From Moniliella sp. 'wahieum' (lineage: Eukaryota), in NCBI GenBank assembly GCA_003971905.1, contig RSEE01000066.1, forward strand, positions 1 through 64,000: 64,000 nt of DNA. The letters run 5' to 3'. The notes below the pieces were generated by a model. It was not told the DNA's origin and ran no database searches. It saw only the letters and a program-made list of their open reading frames with translations. The stretch's first letter is position 1. Each line of letters opens with the position of its first letter. Below, piece after piece: positions 24,739 through 36,976 of this stretch. Position numbers and translations under genes: made by a program.

Positions 24739-25077
24739 ATGCCCCCTACCCGTACTCACCGCCGGTGCCCCCCTTGCGTCACCACCGACCACACTGCTTC
24801 AAGGTGCCCCCTCAATCCACGCCCACGGTTGTGCCCCCACTGCCGTCGACCTGGCCACAAGGCTGCCGCGGAGCGGTGGAGCAAGGAGGAGATGTGGAAA
24901 GCAATTGGGGTCTTTGCGACAAAAATAAGGTGGGGTGGGGGGCAAGGACAAGAAGAGGGGGGGAGGACAAGAAGAGGGGGGGGAGGACAAGAAGAGGGGG
25001 GGGAGGACAAGAAGAGGGGGGGAGGACAAGGGAGAGGGGGGACAAAGGGAATTGGTGGAAGGATGGAGCAAGGATGA
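24739..25077 (+). pseudogene. CCHC zinc-knuckle fragment (gag- or transposase-derived remnant)
   Basis: RRCPPCVTTDHTASRCP is a perfect CX2CX4HX4C. A second, degenerate knuckle follows (CPHCRRPGHKAA). The frame then runs into a G-rich minisatellite. Confidence 0.5.
24945..25045 (+). repeat. purine-rich minisatellite, unit AGGACAAGAAGAG(7-8), about 4.5 copies
   Basis: Tandem copies of aggacaagaagaggggggg(g) are directly visible. Confidence 0.9.
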
Positions 25078-26043
25078 TCGGTGGACCAGAGGTGGTGGGC
25101 TCGATCCATGTAACGTGAATACGACGACCCTGTCGCAGGCGGGCCCTGCCAGGGGGCTCACTCAGGTTGGTGGGGTACAGTCCCTTAGGTGAAAGACGAC
25201 TCACGGTAGTTTCGGGCTTGGTCTACTTGGTGGATCCGAGCGAGGAAGAGAAGCCTTTGGGCGTGAAGCCGAGGCGGCTGCACGCGTGGAAAGGCTGCGT
25301 ATACGCCGGCTGGAGGGTAGTAACGTGTCTGATAGCCTCCGGGGCTGAGAGACGGGTAGATGCAGGGGAGCGGACAGACACTGCCAGGACTGAGGCATGG
25401 CAGTGGCTGTGAAAGGAACCCACGCGGCTGACGGAAGGATTGCGCGACTGGGCAGATGGAAAGCTGGAGGACGAGGTTGGATGATGAAGATGATGCAGCT
25501 AAGTGGAGACGAGAGGTTGCCTGTATTACTGAATCAATTGGCTGGAAACGTTCAGGAGTTGGACAGGACGGAGGGTGGGATAAAGGATCCCCACCAATCA
25601 AGGATGCTGACTGTTGGTTGGCCCCTTTTTGGTAACCCCCTTCTGTCTAAGCCCCATCGCACTGGGATAGATGTTGACAGAGCGAAGCAGACGAAGCTGC
25701 TATAGAGTGCGAATTGGGAGCACTCGCGATCCTATGGATCAGCTGCAATGCAGCCTTCAGACAAGGCGTGAAGGCAAAGTGGTGAGCCACAAGTCTTCAA
25801 GCAACATCTGAATTGAAGGGAAGGAGAGAGGAGAGAGAGAAGGGAGATGAAGCGAGCAGGGCGCGCGCGCCCTGAGCGGAACTTCCGCCCGGTTAAGTGA
25901 GCGTCACCGATCCACCGAGGGCCGTGCAAAGGAACCCCAGCACTACCCTCCAGCAGAAGCAAGCGAAGACTGCGAAGGCACTAAGAATGTCATCCGATAG
26001 CACTTCCTCGTGTCACATGTGACGGTGACATGAGCACGAGTTA

Positions 26044-26290
26044 GCGTGTGACATGACATGTGACAGCTGTGATAATGTGACAGGTACCGGTTACCGGTAC
26101 CACTTAGCACTTAGCGCTTACGCGCTTACGCGTGCCTACCGGTTACCGGTTAGTATATAACCTCGCTTAATGTGGAACTTGTGCTTTTTTAATAAAAGAA
26201 CTCGTAAGCACGTAAGCGCTAAGTGCTAAGTGGTACCGGTAACCGGTACCTGTCACATTATCACAGCTGTCACATGTCCATGTCACACGC
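26044..26290. repeat. fold-back inverted repeat: about 87-bp arms (26044-26130 / 26203-26290), 72-bp spacer
   Basis: The left arm gcgtgtgacatgacatgtgacagctgtgataatgtgacaggtaccggttaccggtaccacttagcacttagcgcttacgcgcttacg equals the reverse complement of the right arm except for one indel and one substitution. No TSD evident. Confidence 0.93.
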
Positions 26291-26791
26291 GTTTGGCTTC
26301 TGTGTGTCACAACACTGTCACGCGTCAAGCTTCAAGCCCCATCGTGTCATCGATCATCATGCATCACCGACCAACGCTATAAAGCCCTAATAGATTATCG
26401 ATGATCTGAGAGTTCTTTTCATGCACAGACGCTGGCTCTTTCAGTCAGAAAAGGCGACCAGTGTAAACGCTTGTAATCTAGAGTCCCGGATCTCCCTCCA
26501 TATCAGTCGATGTCGTATATAGCTCCAGCTGAGCTCGGCCCTGAAGGCTCTCTGAAATCAAAGGTCTTTTTGGCGCCGGGCAAGTGCGTGTGGTCTCGCG
26601 AGGCGTGGAGTGCGTTCTTTCGCGGATGTGGCTGGCACACACGTCGAAGGTGTGCCATACTAGTATGTGCTGCAAGCTCTAACACAGAGTGAGTGAGTGC
26701 ATTAGTGCGAGAGCTGCAGCAGAGAGGGTTTACGTATCCTACGAGAATTTTGGTGTTGCGGCGAGGGTACTTTATGCTGTGCTCCCAACAT

Positions 26792-26980
26792 TGTCACAGT
26801 CGGGGGGCTAAGGCGAGGGAGACGAGAATGGGACTAGGCCAGGGGGTAGTGTAGCAATCATTCGTGGGATAAGAAAGAGCAGAGGACACGGTGCGAAGTG
26901 GAGGAACAGGGAAAGAGCGAGACGCCCGAGACGAAGAAATTGGAAATGGGAGCGAGATCAGCCAAACTATGACACCCACA
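26792..26980. mobile_element. partial LTR, family B
   Basis: TGTCACAGTCGGGG...TGTAGCAATC...CGAGACGAAGAA.TTGGAAATGGG...AGATCAGCCAAAC is shared with 24089-24355, in the same orientation. Confidence 0.7.
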
Positions 26981-27640
26981 TAAAACTACCGGCGCCCAGG
27001 CGGTGGGTTTCTTACATGTTACACCCATCACTAGGACCGCAATATATAGGCCGCATGGTGCGGTTCCTATCAGATTTGAGAGATCCAATACCGACCTCTC
27101 ACACCTCATACCTCACAGCTGTGCTCCCTTCCTTCCTGGCAGCTGGCAATGAGAGGCAAACACACGTCAAATCCCTCTCGGTATATTGCGTAACCAGTCC
27201 ACCTGCCTCTCTTTCCTCCATCTCACATTTCTTGTGGCACATACCTGCATTCGCTTGTGTTTTACATGGATGGGCTTGGGCGTAGTAGTGTGGTGTGTCT
27301 GCATCAAGATATTTGTGTCGGCGTCGACGTTTGCAGCTGTATCTGCCTCGACGTGCATACATATGTGACTGGCTCCTGTGGGCTTAATATGTAAGACATA
27401 CCCCCCGAACAAATCAACTGGGTGAGACCCCCTCTCGTATGCACTGGGCCACTGTTGCATGTTACCACAGATCCAGTGACGGGCAAACAGGACCTCAAAA
27501 TGTCATACTGCCCCCATGCTTCCCGCTTTCACTATTTCCCCCCAAGGCGCTCAGGCCCTCAGGCGAGGTGCGAGGGCTGTGTGTTTTAAACCGGACATAC
27601 GAGCAGAGTGGATCGTGGATCAGTGAGTCGGACCGGGTTG

Positions 27641-27880
27641 TTAGTGACTAGTGACTCTAGTGACTAGCAAATGACTCGCTAGTGACTAGTGATAGAGTGA
27701 TCGTGATCTGACTTATCTGACTAGGCCGACGACTAGGACGACTATGGCTATATCGAGGTGGAATCTAGTTATAGATACTGGTACTGAGTACACTGAGTAC
27801 TCAGACTGTGTACTGAGGATACTGAGTACGTACTGAGTACTGAGTACGTACTGAGTACTGTTGATGCATGATGCACATGA
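27641..27880. repeat. quasi-palindromic simple-sequence array (TGACTAG / TGAGTAC / TGATGCA units)
   Basis: agtgactagtgactctagtgactag...tactgagtacgtactgagtactgagtacgtactgagtactg...tgatgcatgatg. Confidence 0.85.
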
Positions 27881-28544
27881 TGCAAGATATATGATACTCG
27901 AGGCCTTTCATGCCTTACCCTCGTCCCCCACAGCCTACACCTATGAGAGCACCGGCAATAATATGCACCAAAAGAGGCTCGTATGTACTCAAAAGCACTT
28001 CGCTCAACCTCTCCTGTTCTGGTGCGCGTACCTGACAGCATTAGTTTTCGTGCTTACTCTTCTCAGTCAAAACAGATCTAAACCTGAGTGTGCAACCCTC
28101 TTCCTCCGTTTGATCCGCCCGTTTCAGAGACACGCCCACTATAGAGTATCCGGCACGCCCTGACGCATGACCCTCTGTCCTCGATCGTTAAGGTATCTTC
28201 TCTCCGTTGGTTACTGTCCCGACCTAGCAGTCAGTCAAAAAACCTTGATCAGCACAAGGTTCAGGCACTCGTTTGCGGGGCTTTTCACGTATACTATCAC
28301 CCCTCCACTATACACGACGTCATCTGTATTAATTGTTACCCGAAGGGTCAAAAGAGGGTACCCGCTTTTTGGGACCTGGTTCCGTTCCTGCACAACAGAT
28401 ACGGGGCCTATCTCGCCCCAATGTCAAGAGAGTGGGCTTGTGACCCGTGGATTGTTCACCTCCTGGAGTGGCTTGGGAGAGGAAAACGAGGTGCTGGTCA
28501 GTTCCTTGCGTTCATCCTTGTCGGACCGGGGCCCTATAACAAAA

Positions 28545-29660
28545 ATGCCAGACCCTTTCCCCCCTCCACCATCCGATCCTACCGCGTCTTCCCCTCTCTC
28601 CCTCGCACCTCCTCTTCTTTCCCCTCCATGGGCCACATCTCCGATGTATCCGAGGAGATTGAACATGCTGCCGCTGTCGCCGAAGCAACAGCGGCTCGCC
28701 AAGCCAAAGTCTCTTCCCCCGGTCGCCCCGGCGTTTTCATCTGTCCACTCTGACATCCTCGATCTTACGCCACCCCCAACCGCCTGACCACCAGGCTCCG
28801 GCCCCAGGATGGACAAGCATCTCGGCCTACGATGTTCTCTCTCGCACCGCCCTTGAATTGCGTCGAAGTCAGGGTACTTTAAGTCCAAGTCGAAGCCCAA
28901 GTCAGAGTCCAAAAAGCATTTTTCTTGGCAAGAGACGCCATGCGCCGTTGCCTCTGACCCCGATTGACCCTTGGGAGTGCGCTGAACCGATCCACTCCCC
29001 AGCCGGTCGATCAGCCCAATGACCTGTTCTTTGACCACTCGCCGCTCGGCAGCTCCAGTCCTGCTTCCAGTGTGACTGGGGAGGGCAACCCATCGCCACC
29101 TTCAATCTCCTTTAGCTCCTCCTCGGCCGACTGTCTGTCCAGTCCGCCGGTTGAAGTGGCCGCCATGCTCGGGCTTACCCTCTAACCCGACCGCATGGGA
29201 GGTGGCCGCCACCTCACCCGACGGCTCGCCGGCTTGCATCTCATGCGACATGGATTGCACAGTGCGACGGGGAAAGCCAACACGATCGCTGCGCAGAGTA
29301 GATCGTGGTTGCCCCATCCTACCCCGCCGGGGGACCCTGAACAGAACTCGACGGCCCTGCTATCTCGTCCACCTCAGCACGCCTCGGGCCTCCCCATCAA
29401 CCTGCCCTGGAGCGATACCCTGCTCCGGTTCCCTCTGCCCCCCTCCGACCTCAACGGCAACCTCACGAGCCCACCCGCCCTCATTTCCACCATCGTACCT
29501 GGCACCCACCCATCAGGACCATCTATCAAACGAAGTAGCAAGCTACGCACTTCCCCTCCCGCCCCGGTCCCCCTCCTTCCAGCCCCCTCCCGCCCATCCC
29601 GCATCTGTCGCAGCACCGTTCCGATGGGACTCATAACCCTCCCTCAGCTGACCCGCTCCG
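28545..29660 (+). CDS. hypothetical Ser/Pro-rich protein, fragmented by indels
   Basis: ATG at 28545 (MPDPFPPPPSDP). Consecutive frame pieces read as protein (SEEIEHAAAVAEATAARQAK; DQPNDLFFDHSPLGSSSP; RKANTIAAQ; DTLLRFPLPPSDL). No family recognised. Confidence 0.35.
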
Positions 29661-31488
29661 GCCCTAGCCCAACGTGGCATGACGAACGTGTATACACTCC
29701 TTTTGGGGCGGGTTTTTTTTGTCGTGTGGCGCATGCGGTTGCCGGCAGGTTACCAGTCTGTGGTGTGTATGTGGGCGGAGGCGAGAGGGGACAGGAATCA
29801 AGGACGAGTGACAGGCGGACTGATTGAGGGTATCGAGTTGTTCGTGATTCTTCCGATGCTTCTCTGCGGCGCTCTTGGCGCGCCCAACATGACTCAACAA
29901 AACGAGAGGGATCAGCAATGTAAAAGGTATTTTATTGTGATGTTGAAGAGGATCTGAGCCTCTGCGGAGATTATGTGGTAGGAGAGAGCTTCCTTTGACA
30001 GTCCGGCTGCTACGCTGGCATATATTCCCACTGTGCCTTGCCCTGGTGCCTGCACCTGTCTTCCTTGGTGCATCAGTGGCTGTTTCTGCCTCTTGTCTGT
30101 GGCTCCACGACCGACACTGCTTCATCCGGTCTAAGGGGATTGCGTAATCAACGGCGGCCTGTGTAATTGGTTTACGTTTACGTTCCCTTTTGTTCCCCCG
30201 CTTGATTCATTATGCCTTCATCGATCATTGATCATCGATCATCATGATACCCCGGCCCAGCAGGCCTGGAAGTCAGGCCGGTCAGGGCAACGCAAGAACA
30301 GCCACAATTGACCACCACCGGCTCACCGGCTATGCATCAGCGCTGGCAGTGAGGATCAGAGCGAAAACCTGAACGACGGTGGAGCGCGAGCGAGAGATGC
30401 GATCAAGAGGAATAGGAGAGTGCAATGGTAAATTAACGACCCCCTGCGAAACGCCAAGCCCGCCAACTGTCATGCATGACATGCATCATGCATGCATCAA
30501 TATCATCAATCTCGATTTTGGTTGGCATTCTGGGCACCGGGCATCGAGCATCAGAGCAAGCCTTGGCAGCTTGGCACCACCCTGGCCCGACCAGATCGCA
30601 AAGCTTACTGCTACGAGGACGCCCACAACCGGCAACCGGAAAGGTATATCGATCGGAATTGCAAATAGCCTAGAGGCCACCCGGGGCCCTGCCAGGCCCT
30701 GCCCGAGTGCTCCTTGCTGACTTGCCAAGGCCTGTGCCTTGGTGCGGACCCGTCTGACAGGCACGGCGTTCGCGCTGGCTATAGCGTAGGGCAGAGGGCG
30801 CAGGGAGCTTGTCGGGAAGAAGGCGAGTAGGCCCGGTGTGCTGTGGATACCGAGAAAGGCAGGATGGAGGATGGTAATTCGCGTGGGTGTCGGGTGCATC
30901 TGCCATGGGGGCGAGGTAATGGAGGTAATCGCGGCATTGCACATGGGGGCTGCAAGAGACCTGGGTGGGCGTGTGCCCCATTGGACCCGCGATCGTTCGG
31001 CGCGTACGCTGGTGGCGCCCGTTCGCGTCCGGGCCAGGGCGGAGGCTAATAGTGAACGAGAGTACGCTGAACGAACGCTGGCGGAGCAGCGCAGCTCCAG
31101 CACTGGCCCAGCGTCGGGGGGGCATCACGTGAGCCATGGCCTCGCCCGGGCCAAGAACCAATTAAGAACCCCAGCAATCATTAACCATAGATCACCGATC
31201 ACTAGCATCCGTCATCGATCTCATCTCATCGATCATCGATCCCATCGATGCGGCCGGTGCGTCGCATGGCATGGGTCAGGTCGGCCGCGCAGGGCCAGTG
31301 TCGGGCGCGGGGGCTGCGGGGACGCGGGGGGCGCGGGGCAGTCTGGGGGCTGGGGTACGCACCGCGGGGAGTGCTGCGGGCACAGGGCCGCACAGGGCAG
31401 AGCCGCCCCTCCATCCGCTGTCCTCCATCCACCATCGACATCCCCCCCGCCCCCCCCCACCACCGCCAGCCTGCTGCCTGGCCAGTCG

Positions 31489-34400
31489 ATGGCCCGCCCA
31501 CCCGCCCGTCCCACCGCCAGTGCCAGTACCTGTGCCAGTGCCCCCACCCCCGCGTCCATGCCGGCCTCCCCCACACCGTCTCTCTCGTCTCAGCCCCCTC
31601 TGACTCCGCCCCGCCCAGCCACGCAGACACCACCGCCTCCCCCGCCTCCCCGCCGCCGTCCCCCCCCCGCTGCCCAGCGCCCCCAGCGAGCGCTCGGCTG
31701 GCCATGGCATCCTCCGCAACCCGCTCCACGTCCCCCGCGCTCAGCCCGTCTCCTTCTCTGTCGAAGATAAGAACGGTGTGGTGCGCACCCAGATCCGCGC
31801 CGTTACTGCCGAGCCCGAGCAGGAGGCCGCCCTGCGCAAAGAACAGGCTGAGCGACGTGAACGCCGGCGAGAGCGCGCGCGCCTTAAAGAGGAGGCACGC
31901 CAACGGGAGCGCGAGGCCGAGCGGCTGTGGGGGATGAGCAAGGTGGCCATGCTGCTTGGCATGGCCGACATCAACTTCAATGCGCAGATGGCCATCCTCG
32001 GCGGATGGGGCACCGGATCGGGCTCCCAAACCTACATCCCTTCCCTCCAACAAAAGAGGGAAGCCGAGCGGCAGGTACGCAATCGCCAACTGGCCGATCG
32101 GCGCCAGATTGCGCTCGAGCGTGCTCGCGCCAAAGCCCATCCGCCGACTGGGGAGGACAAGAAGAAGCCAAAGTCCTGGTTTCACAGCCGACCTAAGAGC
32201 ATAAGCGAGGAGGCGAAGAAAACAATGGGAGAACGAAAATGAAAATGAAAATGACAACGAAGACGGTTGGCTTGATGGAGGAACTGGCGGCGATCAATGC
32301 GATCATCAATACCCGTCGCTCCATGGCGTCCGCCCAGGCCTTGGCCGATGGGTTGCTCAAACCGCGTGCCAAGTCGCTTGACAATGTCTCGCGGCTTGGG
32401 AGGGAGGGGAACCGGTGGCGTCGTCCGAAATCTCGGATTCGGTCAACGAGTGTAGACGCCCAGCCCCCGCTCCCAGCCACCCTTCCGCGAGATACCAACG
32501 AGAAGGCACGCAGTGATGGCGCTCTGTCATCTCCTGCTGGCCGATCCGTTTCGCGCCTCTGCCAGTGCCATGGGAGGAAGTAGATGACGAAGAGAGGGGG
32601 TACCTTGGCACTGGCATCATCGCCTACCTCCGTGAACGCCTCGAGGAAGAACTCAACGACCGCTCCGAGCGATCAGAGCGGGCGAACGCAAACCAATCCT
32701 CCACCCCCTCCCTCCGCTGACGGCTTCAGCCTCGGCTTCCCAAATTCTTCCCCGACGAGGAGGTCCAGCAACATGCCGGTACCTCGACCGAGCTGTTGCC
32801 CACTGCCGAGGGAGACTCCCCATTGACGAACGCGGCCTCGGTCTCGGGGCCGAGTGGGACGGTGGAGGAAGCACACGAAGTGGAAAGCGAACCGGAAAGC
32901 GAGGCGGTGGTGTTGCCCAAGAGGAAACTACGGCTTGGCTGGTACGTTGGGTCGGACAGTGATCGAAGTGACATGTGGCGGCCGGCTGACAATTGTGTGT
33001 GTGTGTGTCGTTGTGAATTTGTTTGTGGTTGCTCTGGTTGGCGCTGGCTACTGGGCGTGAAATGATACGTTGGGTCCGGTTGCGTTGGGCTGCGCTGTGT
33101 GTGCTCACCTACGCTTCGGACCGTGATCAGGTTGGGATCGCGCTCCAGCGTTTCCGTCGCCACCATTCCGACTCGGTAACTGCCGTGCCAAGCTCCTCGT
33201 TCCGCCGCCTTCGCCGCTTTGGCAACGGAGGCTCAGCGCCGTCGAAACGGTTCGCGCCAATACCGAAGCCCAGTCGAGACGCTTGTCCCGCATTCCTCCC
33301 GTCGTTCCGTCCGGTCGGAAGATGGGCCGCGGCGACGGGAATTGGACCCCCAAGAGCGGCAAGGCGTTCCATGGTTCTTGCTGCCCGTCCAGGCGGCACG
33401 GCATGGTGACCCTGCTGATGGATGGAACGCGCATTCCCGCTCGCAGAGTCAACGACCCCGATGCCCCAAGACCATGATCCGTCTGAACAGGAGTGGGGGT
33501 ACGCCTTGTTAGCCAAAGAGGGTGCCCGTCGAACTTCCATGAGCCAGCGTACCGAGCCAGCTGAACCGGTCGAACCCCATTCCCCCGCCTCCCCGATGCG
33601 CCTGCCGTCGAGGCGAGCTCCGCTACGGAAGAGTCGCGCCTGAGGCGCAGGTATGGACTGGGCTCGTAACCCGCGAGAAGGCGCAGCAGATCCAAGCGCG
33701 CCACCAAGCTGAGATGGAAACGCTGGGGAGAGAGGTGCTAGCCCACGTGCATCAGCAACGTGCCAAACGCAAAGAAACGCTCGATGGGTCCCCCCTACCC
33801 GAACGGAAAGAGAAAGACAAGGACCATTCCTTCCTCCACCATGTCCACCCGGATCGCGAGTCTGCTTCGGCCCTTGAAAGCAACAGTGCACCTGGCGATG
33901 CCACGCCGCCACCGTCAGCCAAGGGCAAGGGCAAGAACAAATCGCGGCCGCGCTCGCCACCAGAGTCGGAGGAGCTACATGAAACGTCGGAGGACAGTGT
34001 GGCGCACAAACCAGGGGGCGACGTCTGTTGCGCGAAGAAAGGCTGTTGGCCAAGAAGCGCATGCGGCCGCCGCACGTCGACGCATGGAGGCGGTGTATGC
34101 GTCCATGTTGCCCGTGTCGAAGCCGGGGCAGACAGCGGTGCCGTTACCCCCAGGCAGCGCGTTGCCGCGCAAACCCGACGCGCGCGGGGTGATGGTGGTG
34201 CCCCTACCCATTCCGCAACTTGGTCGTCGGCCCGTCCGGCCGCGCGAGGGACGGTCGTGGGCAGAGGTGGAGCACATGCTCCATCAAGACGAGGATCTGG
34301 CGATCAGACGCGCAGAACGTCGCGGAAGAGGGGAAGAGGGGGAGGGCAGATCAGGAAGGGAAGAAGAGGTGCACCGGGAAGGCGATGGAGAAGACGAAGA

Positions 34401-35160
34401 AGAAGGAGAAGGAGAAGAGGGAGACGACGACGACGAAGAGGCAAGTTCCAGTTCCTGGGGCCAATGGACTCCTGGCTCTCGCCTCACCACTCGTGCGGCG
34501 GGGAGGGAGTTACTCGCTTACCCTCATCTTCGCTCGCGACGAGCCGCTACGCTCGATCCCGTCGGTCCAGTAAAGCGGCCGATGCACCCATGGTGCCTAG
34601 CCCGGTCCCGCCTACCTTGCACAGATCGAATACACTTCCTCTGCCTGCGGTGAGCGGACGCTCCCCGCGCAGGGAGCATCCCCACCCTCTCCTCCAGCCC
34701 GCTCCCCTTGTCCTCCTCTCTGTCAGAGAGGCCACGGTCCGAGAAAGGAGCTAGCTTGGAAACGGCCGCATGTCGCTCCCTCTCGTCCCGGCCGTCCCGT
34801 GTCCGAGGCGCCTCCCATTCCCGCTCTCCCCTCGATCCCACACCTCTCGACCCCGCTCCCGCAACCCACGCCCACCTCGCTCCGAGCTCGAGCCTGAGCC
34901 GAACACGAAGATCTAGACCCGGATGGAGCACCCACTGCCCCCGCCGCCGCGCCGTGTCCGACGCCTCGTCGCACTTGTCGCCCTATGCACGCATCCACCA
35001 ACACCACCTCGCCGTCCTGGCCGAAGTACGGGCGCGAGCGGAACGCAAGGCCCACCGCGACGAGCCAGCCGACATTGATTTTGGTTGGACCCGGCCCATT
35101 CGGACCGCATATTTGCACCCTCCCTCCTCGCTCCCGCTGCGTAAGAACAACCTGTCGTAA
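31489..35160 (+). CDS. large hypothetical low-complexity protein with charged coiled-coil and acidic tracts; frameshifted
   Basis: Pro-rich N-terminus, then EQEAALRKEQAERRERRRERARLKEEARQREREAERLWGMSKVAMLLG, MEELAAINAIINTRR, an EDEEEGEGEEGDDDDEE tract and a C-terminal DIDFGWTRPIRTAYLHPP. The + strand fragments are consistent over 3.7 kb. Confidence 0.55.
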
Positions 35161-35596
35161 CACGGGCCTGGCCGGGCCACCGTGTCGCCTTCCTCGACCT
35201 CGCAGCGGTGGGGATCGTGCTATCTATAATGGAGATTGCCCTATTCTTTCCTTTTCTCGTCTTGTCTCCTGGCCCTGCTCTGTTTGCCACGAGGCCCACC
35301 GGGACGCTCAGCGGTGCCACCGTCGTTGATCATAAGGCACTCCCTTTTCCGAGATGGGCGGCGCAGGTGGGGTGGCGATTGCAACATCCACGTAGTCTCG
35401 CAGCCGCGGCCAGGCTGCTCTGCCCGCCGAGGCACCGATTGTAGAGTGATCACGTGACCCGGTGTGCGCTTACGTGGGCAGTGCGGTAGAGTTGGCCAGG
35501 ATGGTTGGTTGGTGGAGTGGTGGATGCCTGGTGTATACGCGACGCCGCGCCGACGAGTGTTCCCGCCATCCAGCCTCTCCCCCGCTCGCCGCCAGC

Positions 35597-36976
35597 ATGT
35601 CCGCGCGCATGATCCGCGAGCTGAGCCGCCGGCAGCCCGACATGGGTGATGCTGGTCTCGCTGCGCGTTTGGTCGGCCGCGCCCAGACGTACTACCAAGC
35701 GGTCGAACACGCGAGCCAGGCCGGCAGTTTCCGGCGCGAGGCCGAACGCATGGGTGCTGGCACGGTGCACATTTGTGTGTACCATGCCTTTGTTAGGTCC
35801 GCCATCTTCCCGGGTGCTTACTCCGTGGCTAACTCTGCTTGGATCCAGTCTCCACCCCAACGACAAGGAGGCCCAGAACACCTTCTTCACTCAGCTCGTT
35901 GCCGCCGCCGCCTTGCCCAAAGCGACGTTTCAGCAGGGCATCCGCGACTTGCAGCGCCTCTTGGTGCCCCAGCACGACGCTACCCCGTCCCGCTCCCGCG
36001 TACGCGCCCCACCGAGTTCGGCACATTCCACTCCGCGACGAACTGGGCCGGCATCCAGTTCCAAGGCCACCCCCGAGTCCGCCCAGGCCAGCGCTAAGAA
36101 ACTGTTGGATCCCAAGTACCTCGCCACCCTGCGCGCCGCTTCGTCACCCCCTCCCTTGAGCCCGGCACGCCTTCCAAGTCCTCCCGCACTACGCCTACCT
36201 CGGGGCGAAACGGAGTGCATTGGGTACACCCGGCACACCCAGTAGCCGACGAACGTTGCGCACGTCGGGCCTGCTACCCACGCGCACCGCGCTTCCCGCT
36301 GCCTCCGACGCTCCTGCTCCTGCTCTGCCGGCCTCCCACTCCAGCCCGCTCACCACACCAACAAAGCGGAGATTGCCTGCATGGGGGGAGGAGGAAACCG
36401 AAGCGGCGGATCAAACGGTCCGCTTGACCAGCCCGCACAAGCGGGCCAAGGTGCGAGCTGCCCTGCAAGCTGCCACGGAAGCCGTGTCGGATGAGGAACC
36501 TGCGGATGCGGAAATGGAAGATCAGACCGAGACACTCGATAGAGAAGAAGGGAGAGATGAAGAGGGCGAAGAAGAGGGTCAAGACGAGGGTCAACGAGGG
36601 TCAAGACGAGAACGTGGCGCCGAGGGTTAGCGGGGTACGGCACCCCGTGCTCTACCATCCGCTCCTGTTCCACCCAACTCTCAATGCCGATGGGGCGAAG
36701 GATGAGGTGGAGCTAACGAGAAACTCGCTGGTATCTACGCTGCTTCCGCATGTGCTGCCTGCACGCGCACGTCGCCGCCCCATCCTGGCCATCAGCTCTG
36801 CCGATTGGCTCGCACCATGGGAAGACGCGCTCCTGGTCGCACGGGAACGCACCGAGTCCGGTGCGCCCGCTTGGCTAGCCTCAATGGACTACGCACATAC
36901 CCGCACTGTACCTCGCGAGGCACGACAGGATCTCGAGCAGTGGCTCACTCCCGATCGTCCGGCGGAGGCAGCGTGA
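35597..36976 (+). CDS. ORC6-like protein (origin recognition complex subunit 6 N-terminal fold) with disordered C-terminus
   Basis: MSARMIRELSRR...LVGRAQTYYQAV...GTVHICVYHA|...QLVAAAALPKATFQQGIRDLQRLL has an ORC6-like helical pattern, recognised from memory only. In-frame intron 35797-35848 (GTCCGC...CTAAC...CAG). A TCACGTGA element lies at about 35450. Confidence 0.5.

Noticed and set aside
24945..25045. CRISPR-like array
   Set aside because: Head-to-tail minisatellite with no unique spacers, in a eukaryotic context with no cas genes.
24089..26980. full-length LTR retrotransposon bounded by the two family-B LTRs
   Set aside because: No convincing PBS, PPT, shared TSD or RT/integrase coding, and the copies are considerably diverged.
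32170..32200. KSWFHSRPK as a homeodomain helix 3 (mating-type HD gene)
   Set aside because: Lacks the invariant WFxN.R asparagine and the upstream helices.
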